Below are positions 31,625-38,596 of a stretch of DNA of 38,596 nt, piece by piece. The notes beneath the pieces are model-generated. The model was not told where the DNA came from. It worked only from the letters and a program-made list of their open reading frames with translations, and searched no databases. Both the position numbers and the translations under genes were made by a program. This DNA is from Clostridia bacterium (GTDB lineage: Bacteria > Bacillota > Clostridia > Oscillospirales > Acutalibacteraceae), in contig CAAGND010000027.1 of assembly GCA_900771185.1 (NCBI GenBank), positions 1 to 38,596 on the forward strand, given 5' to 3'. Positions within the stretch are counted from its first letter, which is position 1; every line of letters begins with the position of its first letter.

Positions 31625-31928
31625 TTAGAAATTGGCGGGCATTGCAAAAACTTTCAACGCTTCCGGGTGTTTCCTCGTTTTCCGTTTTAAAAACCGGAAA
31701 ACGATATTTCCGGGATGCAAAAAAGCAGATGCAATTGCTGCTGCCGAAAGCCAAGGTGCGAGGGAAACGCACCCGGTTGTGACAGACAGACCTGTTTCGC
31801 CCGGTTTTAAAATCGGACATACTCCGCAGAAATTCCCCGTTTCAAAGAACGGCCACCTTCTGCATCATCGCATATCAGCGTGCAATGGATTTTTGGGCAT
31901 AGATACCCCTTTGCCCATAAGCACGCCT
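31625..31928 (-). promoter_or_regulatory. Long structured S10 operon leader (clostridial rpsJ r-leader-like, K-turn, attenuator-like hairpins)
   Basis: About 300 nt between the promoter and the rpsJ RBS; multiple stems; K-turn at 31817-31875; hairpin plus U-tract at 31689-31713. Confidence 0.7.
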
Positions 31929-31932
31929 AAGT

Positions 31933-31961
31933 ATAATACCACACAAAGTGTTGAAATGCAA
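31933..31961 (-). promoter_or_regulatory. SigA-type promoter of S10 operon
   Basis: TTGCAT-17 nt-(TGn)TATTAT with A-rich upstream tracts. Confidence 0.75.
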
Positions 31962-32342
31962 GCATTTTTTAAAGTTTTTTGCATATTTTTCAGTCGGGTT
32001 CAAATTCCGAAAAACGCACAACAATATATTGTATTTTTGCGCAAAAAGAGAACAAAATGCAGTAATCCGTCCACCGCTTGCGCCTGTTAAAGCTTTGGTT
32101 GACAGCTTTCAAGCTCTGATATATTGACCTTTCGCGCCCGCTCATTTTATAATGATAACGCAAAACAAATCGATTCGCGCCTCGTGTCATCATCCATAAA
32201 GGTTTACTCCTTCATACCTTTTATTATCACCTATCGCCTTTACCGGGCACTGATAACGGCTATTGCGCTCCTTGCTGCGGGCGCAGTCTGCATTATAAAA
32301 TACCGTGCGAGCATGAAAAGGTAATAAAGCTATATTTAATCG

Positions 32343-32376
32343 ACAAAGCCGCGCCCATACGGGTGCGACCTTGTTT
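32343..32376. terminator. Hairpin terminator downstream of PHP gene
   Basis: Imperfect stem cgcgccc/gggtgcg with acaa/ttgt flanks. Confidence 0.55.
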
Positions 32377-32393
32377 CATCATATTGAGTTTGC

Positions 32394-33155
32394 TCACAGC
32401 AATATCCGTTTCAGCTCATCGGAGTATTTCTCCGGGTCTACACGGTCAAGTGAATGAGTGTCCATTCCGAGGTTGAACACAACTCCTACCTCTCTGCCGA
32501 TATTGAAAAATCTGCGGTAGAACACCGGGTCACTGAGTATCGCGCCCACATTCAGCTCCCATGCCGTCTGCACCCTTTTTGAAAGTTCCATCGCCTCGGC
32601 TATGCGTTCATCATCGAACGCCGCCGTCACGGTGCAGGGGTCACCGCCTATGTCCTCTTCAACATACTCAATAATATACTTTCCGACGAACGGATGAGCT
32701 ATGCAGTCCGCACGCTCCGCCAGCAGCAGCGCATTTATGTTTTCAAAGCATCGGTCAATATAGCCTTTTAGAGATCTGTCCTCCGGATGCACCCAGGTGT
32801 CCTGATGATAGTGGTTGCAGGAATACAGGCGATAGTCAAACGAGGCGTTCTCCTCATCCGTGTCGGAAAATTTGCCCACATCATATGATGAGAGCTCCCC
32901 GCCCACAAGGACTTTAAAGGGCAGCTCCCTGCCGCGAAGTCCCTGCCTTATGACCTTCACATTATCCTCAAAGCCCTTTTCAAAAGGCTGATGATGGTCG
33001 GTTATCGCGATGGTTTTGAGATTTGTTTTCATCGCCTCGTCAAGAATATTATCAAGCGTCATGTTCCTCTTAGCACAGCGTGAAAAGGTGGTATGTATAT
33101 GCAGATTTTCATGCGCCAGTTCGTCAATGTCATATATGGCTCCGTGAAGATACAT
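32394..33155 (-). CDS. PHP domain phosphoesterase
   Basis: NLHIHT, AITDHH, GGE, IAHP and GMDTH metal-binding motifs; GGGAGG RBS before ATG 33155. Confidence 0.88.
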   Translation of the reverse strand: MYLHGAIYDIDELAHENLHIHTTFSRCAKRNMTLDNILDEAMKTNLKTIAITDHHQPFEKGFEDNVKVIRQGLRGRELPFKVLVGGELSSYDVGKFSDTDEENASFDYRLYSCNHYHQDTWVHPEDRSLKGYIDRCFENINALLLAERADCIAHPFVGKYIIEYVEEDIGGDPCTVTAAFDDERIAEAMELSKRVQTAWELNVGAILSDPVFYRRFFNIGREVGVVFNLGMDTHSLDRVDPEKYSDELKRILL

Positions 33156-33211
33156 GTTTATCCTCCCATACAAAATTTTCAATTTTTCGTTTCCGAAACT
33201 TAATTGATTTT

Positions 33212-33257
33212 TGCAAAAAACGCCGGCTCTCGCGGACAACGGGAGACGGCGTTTTCT
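33212..33257 (-). terminator. Intrinsic terminator after DegV gene
   Basis: aaaacgcc..ggcgtttt stem with inner tctcg/cggga; T-run on the minus strand. Confidence 0.7.
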
Positions 33258-33266
33258 TATACGTTT

Positions 33267-34118
33267 TTACTTCACCATGAACAGAATTCCCATGCATCCC
33301 GGTCCGCAATGGCTGCTTATCGTGCAGCCCGCTCTGGCCACAAGAACCTCTTTGAAGGGCGCTGTCTTTTTTATAAGCTTGCACAGGTCATCAATCTCCT
33401 GCCGGGGCATGCCTGAATGAGTGAGAAAAATTCTTGAGAGGTCAAGCTCATCCTTGTGAGCCGCAAGCTGGTCGGCAACATACTGCTGCCTGACAGCGCT
33501 TATTTTGCCCCTGTATTTTTTTGCGACATCCAAAGTGCCCCCGTGCATCTCTATGCTGGGACGTATGCCGAGAATATTTGCTCCGAGAGCGGCTGTTGCC
33601 GAGCAGCGTCCGCCCTTTTTCATATATTCGAGCTTTTCAAGAACAAAGCTTGTGCAAGTCTTTTCCGCAAACGAGGATGCGGCGCGTGCTATTTCTTCGG
33701 CGCTCATGCCGCTGTCTCTCATCTCGCACGCCTTTATCGCCTGAAGCGCTATGCTCGAACTGAGGTGAAGGGAATCTATAACATAAACCCCGTCGAGTTC
33801 CTCTGCCGCAAGCTTCGCGTTGTTGTGCGTTGTAGATATGCCTGAGCTGAGCGAGAAATGAACCACTTGGGCACCGGCATTCAAAAACTCAGAGAAAAAA
33901 TCCGTATAATCACCTATCGGTATTGCCGAAGTGGTCGGCAGAGTGCCGTTCTCATCATAGTTTTTAAATATATCATCGGGATAAAGATCCACCCCGTCTT
34001 TATATGACTTGTCATCGAGATTAACATACATCGGGATGATGTGTATATCAAAACGTGCCGCAAGATCGCCGCCTATATCAATCGGACTGTCCGCTGTGAT
34101 GACAACTTTTTTACTCAT
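33267..34118 (-). CDS. DegV family fatty acid-binding protein (FakB-like)
   Basis: ITADS, PTTSA, LSSGISTT, VIDS, LEYMKKGGR, ISSHCGPG. Confidence 0.95.
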   Translation of the reverse strand: MSKKVVITADSPIDIGGDLAARFDIHIIPMYVNLDDKSYKDGVDLYPDDIFKNYDENGTLPTTSAIPIGDYTDFFSEFLNAGAQVVHFSLSSGISTTHNNAKLAAEELDGVYVIDSLHLSSSIALQAIKACEMRDSGMSAEEIARAASSFAEKTCTSFVLEKLEYMKKGGRCSATAALGANILGIRPSIEMHGGTLDVAKKYRGKISAVRQQYVADQLAAHKDELDLSRIFLTHSGMPRQEIDDLCKLIKKTAPFKEVLVARAGCTISSHCGPGCMGILFMVK

Positions 34119-34223
34119 ACTGTTCGCTCCTTTGCTTTTTATATTTTAAAATACATTTGGTATTATATCACAAAACACGTTCAATATCAACTAATACAAG
34201 CTGATGTGATCTAAAATTATATC

Positions 34224-34251
34224 AGCCGGCGCATCTGGGAATGCGTCGGCT
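34224..34251 (-). terminator. Hairpin after TIM-barrel gene
   Basis: agccggcgcat/atgcgtcggct stem. Confidence 0.5.
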
Positions 34252-34256
34252 ATATA

Positions 34257-34940
34257 CTAAAAATCCGGATGAGGCTCGCCCCTGCGGTAGGCCTCCATGA
34301 TATCTTTGAACACATCTCCGTTTGACGGCGGAGTCCATGTTATGGCATTCGCGCCCGCCTCCACAGTTGCGATTATCGACTCATCAGTCGGGCCGCCCGT
34401 CGCGATTATCGGAAGATCGGGGAACTTCTCTCTGATGCTCCTGACCACCTGCGGGGTTCTCGCCGCCGCGGAGATGTTGAGTATATCCGCCCCTGCGGCT
34501 ATTCTTCCCGCAATATCCTCATTCTCATTGAGGACGGTCACAACTATCGGCACATCAACCGTGTTGTGAAGCAGTTCTATCGTCTCGTTCTTGGTCGGGG
34601 CATTGACAACAACGCCGAGCGCCCCCTGAAATTCCGCATGCAGAGCGAGGTTCACAACCCTGTGACCCTGTGTCAGCCCTCCGCCGACTCCGACGAATAC
34701 CGGCACATCGGCGGCCACCATGAGCGCCTGCGTTATAACCGGCTGCGGAGTAAACGGGTAGACCGCTATAACCGCATCCGCGTTTGTGTTCCTGATGATG
34801 CTCGCGTCCGTTGAGAAAAGAACCGATTTAATTCTTCTGCCGAGAATTTTTATCCCGCTGCACCTATATATCGGTTCCGGCACTTTAAGCATGAAATCCC
34901 GCAGACTGCCTTTAACTTCAGGTATGTTCTGATCAGACAT
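34257..34940 (-). CDS. Uncharacterised phosphate-binding TIM-barrel protein
   Basis: Alternating beta/alpha pattern with a C-terminal PIIATGG..AGANAIT phosphate-binding motif; AAAGGAAG RBS. Confidence 0.65.
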   Translation of the reverse strand: MSDQNIPEVKGSLRDFMLKVPEPIYRCSGIKILGRRIKSVLFSTDASIIRNTNADAVIAVYPFTPQPVITQALMVAADVPVFVGVGGGLTQGHRVVNLALHAEFQGALGVVVNAPTKNETIELLHNTVDVPIVVTVLNENEDIAGRIAAGADILNISAAARTPQVVRSIREKFPDLPIIATGGPTDESIIATVEAGANAITWTPPSNGDVFKDIMEAYRRGEPHPDF

Positions 34941-34999
34941 TTTATCTTCCTTTCATTCCTGTCAAGCGCCGCATACTCAACGAATTTTTTTAAAACATC

Positions 35000-35109
35000 T
35001 TGCATTAACCGAAAACAGGCATATAATAATATGGTATAAACATATCAATAAATGCTCTGTACGTTAGTTTGTGAAATATTATTATATCATAGACACAAAC
35101 TTCAGTCAA
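35000..35109. promoter_or_regulatory. Face-to-face SigA-type promoters for the divergent flanking genes
   Basis: Plus strand TTGCAT-16-TATAAT (35000-35027); minus strand TTGACT-17-(TGn)TATAAT (35109-35081). Confidence 0.6.
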
Positions 35110-35148
35110 TCAGAAAATTCCCAATCACTGGATATCGGAGGAATCACT

Positions 35149-35652
35149 ATGGGCTTTGAGAAAACAGATATATGCTCTCTGCCGGAGAGCTTCACAAAAA
35201 TGATAAGGGACGACTGGGCGCTGCTCACTGCCTCGGACGGTGAAAAAATCAACACCATGACCGTAAGCTGGGGCGCTTCAGGAGAGCTGTGGGGCAAGGA
35301 TGTTGCCATAGTTTTTGTGCGCCCGCAGAGATACACATACGAATTTATGGAAAAGGGCGACAAATTCACGCTCAGCTTTTTCGGCGGCTCTCACAAAAAA
35401 GAGCTGGCACTGTGCGGTGCCAAAAGCGGGCGGGATATTGACAAGGTGTCCGAGTGCGGTTTTACGCCCGTCACTCTCGACTCCGCCCCCGCCTTTGAAG
35501 AGGCTCAGACTGTCATAGTGTGCAAAAAAATTGCCTTTCAGGATATGCAGCCTTCGGGCTTTCTGTCTCCCGATATTGACGAATGTTACTCCGCCAAGGA
35601 TTATCACCGCGTTTATGTAGGCGAGATTCTGAGCGTGTACAAAAAAAGTTAA
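35149..35652 (+). CDS. Flavin reductase-like FMN-binding split-barrel protein
   Basis: NTMTVSWG, VRPQRYT, FTLSF, CGAKSGRDIDK, H.VYVGEI; GGAGG RBS. Confidence 0.88.
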   Translation: MGFEKTDICSLPESFTKMIRDDWALLTASDGEKINTMTVSWGASGELWGKDVAIVFVRPQRYTYEFMEKGDKFTLSFFGGSHKKELALCGAKSGRDIDKVSECGFTPVTLDSAPAFEEAQTVIVCKKIAFQDMQPSGFLSPDIDECYSAKDYHRVYVGEILSVYKKS

Positions 35653-35717
35653 AAAATTTTTAAAAAATTGCTTGACTTTTGTCGGACACGGTGGTATTAT
35701 TATCAGGCACTTTGAAA
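35641..35717 (+). promoter_or_regulatory. Stable-RNA-type promoter of the 5S rRNA gene
   Basis: A/T-rich UP-like tract, TTGACT-17 nt-(TGn)TATTAT (35672-35700) and boxA-like GCACTTTGAAA (35707-35717). Confidence 0.75.
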
Positions 35718-35735
35718 GAGCGGTTTGCGTTCTTC

Positions 35736-35853
35736 AGTCGGTGTCTATGACGATGAGGGTCCACCCGTTCCCATCCCGAACACGGTAGTTAAGCTCACTC
35801 GTGCTGACAATACTCGGAGGGCAGCCTCCCGGGAAGATAGGTCGACGCCGACA
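35736..35853 (+). rRNA. rrf: 5S ribosomal RNA (stand-alone copy)
   Basis: CACCCGTTCCCATCCCGAACACGGTAGTTAAGC core, ATACT and GGGAAGATAGGTC; helix I gtcggtgtc/gacgccgac; about 117 nt. Confidence 0.97.
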
Positions 35854-35863
35854 TCCATGAATT

Positions 35864-35954
35864 CAGCTTTCCAATAGGAAGGCTGTTTTCCTTATTACAG
35901 AGGACTTGCATTTGGCGCGCGGTCAGATGCAAATCCTCTGTTTTTCTTTTTTTT
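35864..35954 (+). terminator. Tandem intrinsic terminators after 5S rRNA
   Basis: cagctttcc/ggaaggctg plus TTTT (35864-35889); an approximately 20-bp imperfect stem 35897-35941 plus a long T-tract. Confidence 0.8.
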
Positions 35955-36039
35955 GCCTTGCCGCACAGACAAAACCCGGGTATACTATATACAGATAAAC
36001 TTCTTGATAAAGCATCAGACTTCAAAAAGGATTGATAAG

Positions 36040-36351
36040 ATGAAAACGGTCTTTGAGCAGATATACGATGTTGTCCGTCAGATTCCACGTGGATGTGTGG
36101 CCACCTACGGGCAGATAGCAACTCTCGCCGGCAACCCTCACTGGTCCAGAGTGGTCGGTTACGCCCTGCACGTCAATCCGGAACCCGGGAAAATACCCTG
36201 TCACAGAGTAGTCAACCGCCTAGGCGAGACTTCAAAGGCTTTCGCTTTCGGCGGTGAGGATATGCAAAAAGCCCTCCTCGAGGAGGAGGGCATAATATTC
36301 AATGAGGACGGCAGGGTGAACCTTGCACAGTTCCAGTGGCGGACAAAATAA
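36040..36351 (+). CDS. MGMT family O6-alkylguanine repair protein (single domain)
   Basis: IPRGCVATYGQIA, RVVGYAL, PCHRVVN, QKALLEEEG; TTGCCG-17-TATACT promoter at 35958-35986. Confidence 0.9.
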   Translation: MKTVFEQIYDVVRQIPRGCVATYGQIATLAGNPHWSRVVGYALHVNPEPGKIPCHRVVNRLGETSKAFAFGGEDMQKALLEEEGIIFNEDGRVNLAQFQWRTK

Positions 36352-36413
36352 ATTACGCAAAGTAAATTACCGTTATCCACCAAAGTCTTTCATTCTGACA
36401 CCGGCAAAAAGCT

Positions 36414-37079
36414 TTACGCTTTTTTGCCGCTGATCTGCGGGATCTTGCCGATTATCAGAGCAACCACAGCCGTGATGATAATTTCGGGAATCATATAGAG
36501 GCCGTTGTAGAAAATCGAGTAAACAAGAGCAAGTCCGTTGCCGCTGAAGGTCTCGAGTATCTTGCTGCCGATGGCATAGAAGCCCTCCTGAGTGAAGAAC
36601 CACTCAGCCCATGAGCCGAAGAATATGTAGCCGGAAACAATGTGTGCAAGATAGCGCAGGCTCAGAGCGACTATTGAGCCGAGGCACAGACCGACCGAGG
36701 GGCTTTTAATCTTGTTCCTGAATATGCCGCCGAAGCCGATAACCGTGTACGCTATGATATAGTCGATGAGGCAGACGCTTATGGCCTTCCAAAGCACCAT
36801 GTAGCTGTCAGAGTCGGGCAGGAAAAACGCGGATACTGTTCTGAAGCCCAGAAGCATCTGAATGAGCGCATAGATAAAACCGCTTGCGAGACCCCATTTT
36901 GTGCCGTTACGGTAAGCTATGAGCACAATGGGAAGCATGCTGCAAATTGTGAAACCGCCGCCGAAGGGCAGGTTCAGGAACGGGATGAAGCTGCACACCA
37001 CGTTGAGCACGGTAGCTATCGCTATCATCAGTGCGCTTTCAACAACCGTCTGTGTTGTTGACTTTTGAGTTTTCGCCAT
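36414..37079 (-). CDS. thiT: ECF thiamine transporter S component ThiT
   Basis: Multi-TM protein; LPFGGG, LIDYIIAY, RYLAHIVSGYIFF, YSIFYN; TPP riboswitch upstream. Confidence 0.92.
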   Translation of the reverse strand: MAKTQKSTTQTVVESALMIAIATVLNVVCSFIPFLNLPFGGGFTICSMLPIVLIAYRNGTKWGLASGFIYALIQMLLGFRTVSAFFLPDSDSYMVLWKAISVCLIDYIIAYTVIGFGGIFRNKIKSPSVGLCLGSIVALSLRYLAHIVSGYIFFGSWAEWFFTQEGFYAIGSKILETFSGNGLALVYSIFYNGLYMIPEIIITAVVALIIGKIPQISGKKA

Positions 37080-37093
37080 TTTGATCTCTCCTA

Positions 37094-37129
37094 AAAAGTA
37101 TTAACGCCCACAGAAACTCTGCGGGCGTC
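37094..37129 (-). terminator. Expression-platform hairpin of TPP riboswitch
   Basis: gacgcccgcaga/tctgtgggcgtt stem, then AATACTTTTT just before the AGGAG RBS. Confidence 0.6.
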
Positions 37130-37142
37130 TTTTTCTTATAAT

Positions 37143-37244
37143 ATACAGCAAACGCTGTCTATTATCTTCCTACGCCGGCATTATCCGGATCAGGTCAGAG
37201 GGTATCATCTCAGCCGGCATAAGCCAGCACCCCTTTGGCTGTAT
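37143..37244 (-). ncRNA. TPP riboswitch (THI element)
   Basis: Minus strand reads GGGGTGC..GCTGAGA..ATACCC..GACCTGATCCGGATAATGCCGGCGTAGGAA, upstream of thiT. Confidence 0.95.
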
Positions 37245-37276
37245 TCTGTTTTAAGGAGGAACGCCGAAGGTTTCCG

Positions 37277-38596
37277 TCAATCCTCTTTTTTCTCAAGGGC
37301 GGCCTTGCCCTCGGGAGTATCTCTGTAATACTGGGTTTTGGGGTTGGGATGTTTCCTTGAGTCCCAAAGCTCCTGCGCGACCGGCGCCCACTCGGCTGCG
37401 AATTTGTCACAGCGTGAGCAAAGCGTCTCGACATCCTCCGGAGCGAGCAGGTCGGTAGACGCCGCGCCCGTCTCCTTTATCATCTTTCTCAGACAGTCGG
37501 GATTTTCCAGCATCGGGCAGGGACGCAGATGGTTGTCATTGAACGGCTGCCCTTTCCAATAGGCCTGGAACAGCGGACGTTTGAGCGCCTCGATAAGAGT
37601 ATGCTGTCTGATGTTTGAATCCGAGTAGTGTATAAACACGCACGGCTCAATATCGCCTGCGGAATTGATGTGAAAATAGTTTCTTCCTCCTGCTATACAT
37701 CCGCCGACAAACTCACCGTCATCCTGGAAATCGACCACGAACATCGGCTTTCCGGTCTTGCTGTTGCGCATTTTGCGTATCCAGTTATACATATGCGTGC
37801 GCTGCTCGGGTGTGGGGATAAGTTCTTCGACAGCATCCCTGCCGACAGGCATATAGTTGAAATACCACGCAAACCGCACGCCCTTGGAGATCATCAGATC
37901 GACAAACTCATCAGAGGTGACGGCTGAGACATTGGCTCTCGTATAACAAACGGAAATTCCGAACAGACATCCATTTTCACGCAGAAGATCCATCGCCGCC
38001 ATAACATGGTCATAGCTTCCCTCGCCTCTGCGCTCATCGTTGCTCTCCTTGGTTCCCTCAATGCTTATTGCCAGCGAGAGGTTTCCGACACGCTTCATCT
38101 CCTCGCAGAAAGCGTCATCCACAAGGTCAGCGTTCGTATATGACAGGAAAGCGCAGTCGGGATGATTTTCGCACAGCTTAATAATATCATTTTTTCTCAA
38201 AAGCGGCTCACCGCCGGTGAACATATAGAAATGCGTGCCCATCTCCACGCCCTGACTGACTATGCTCTCAAGTTCCTCATTAGAGAGGCTCTGCCTGTGG
38301 CCATACTCAGCGGACCAGCAGCCCTTGCACTTGCGGTTGCAGGCACTGGTGGGGTCAAGAAGAATAACCCACGGAATATTGCACTTATATTTTTCACGGT
38401 TCTCGCGCACAGCCTTTGTGCCGTTGACGCCCGCTCCGAGGCCGAGAGCAAGAAGCATTTTTTTGATAACGTCATGATCGACATTATCGATTATATCAAT
38501 CGCAAGCTTGCGCCAGACATTGTCCGGGTCTTTCGCTCCCTCACGGAACTTGTCAAAATTTTGAGACGGGAATATATTTCCGACCAGAGACTGAGC
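37277..38596 (-). CDS. Radical SAM protein with SPASM/twitch-like C-terminus (5' end outside window)
   Basis: CNRKCKGC (CxxxCxxC), FTGGEP, CIAGGRNYFHINSAGDIEPCVF, RPCP, CSRC; by hand translation the frame stays open from 38458 to the window edge. Confidence 0.92.
   Translation of the reverse strand, partial: AQSLVGNIFPSQNFDKFREGAKDPDNVWRKLAIDIIDNVDHDVIKKMLLALGLGAGVNGTKAVRENREKYKCNIPWVILLDPTSACNRKCKGCWSAEYGHRQSLSNEELESIVSQGVEMGTHFYMFTGGEPLLRKNDIIKLCENHPDCAFLSYTNADLVDDAFCEEMKRVGNLSLAISIEGTKESNDERRGEGSYDHVMAAMDLLRENGCLFGISVCYTRANVSAVTSDEFVDLMISKGVRFAWYFNYMPVGRDAVEELIPTPEQRTHMYNWIRKMRNSKTGKPMFVVDFQDDGEFVGGCIAGGRNYFHINSAGDIEPCVFIHYSDSNIRQHTLIEALKRPLFQAYWKGQPFNDNHLRPCPMLENPDCLRKMIKETGAASTDLLAPEDVETLCSRCDKFAAEWAPVAQELWDSRKHPNPKTQYYRDTPEGKAALEKKED

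Noticed and set aside
16817..31690. Many plus-strand ORFs of 60-210 aa over the ribosomal cluster
   Set aside because: All are antisense to highly conserved genes and explained by codon bias
31994..32010. tRNA T-loop-like GGGTTCAAATTCC
   Set aside because: No acceptor, D or anticodon arms; likely chance
35795..36121. 108-aa minus ORF
   Set aside because: Overlaps the 5S rRNA and its terminators in antisense
36373..36381. DnaA-box-like TTATCCACC
   Set aside because: Single mismatched copy; no array or unwinding element
1..38596. CRISPR arrays, transposases, prophage or defence genes
   Set aside because: No spaced direct repeats or such ORFs seen; nearly all coding space is explained by housekeeping genes

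Overview
Core-genome region of a Clostridia-like Firmicute (Oscillospiraceae/Ruminococcaceae-like by gene content and promoter/RBS style; inference). From left to right: LCP protein, jag, yidC, yidD, rnpA and rpmH on the minus strand. Then a plus-strand block of dnaA, an ANTAR regulator, dapF, dapL, purC, purF, ftsY, rdgB, yhbY, rpsO and pnp. A GNAT gene follows, then the S10-spc-alpha ribosomal protein cluster (rpsJ to rplQ, minus strand, lacking adk). The right end has PHP, DegV and TIM-barrel genes, a flavin reductase, a stand-alone 5S rRNA gene, an MGMT-family gene, a TPP riboswitch with thiT, and a radical SAM/SPASM gene running off the window. No transposase, integrase, CRISPR array or tRNA was seen. 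The most notable observations are these. (1) The S10 leader has a canonical K-turn and a terminator/antiterminator pair, and one K-turn strand is perfectly complementary (13 nt) to the rplW-rplB spacer 2.2 kb downstream; two further spacer-spacer complementarities nest without crossing. (2) dnaA lacks dnaN and any DnaA-box array, and the ribosomal cluster points toward it. (3) The 5S rRNA is an orphan with an rrn-like promoter and a boxA-like element. (4) adk is missing between secY and map. All protein calls come from motif recognition by eye, not from database searches.
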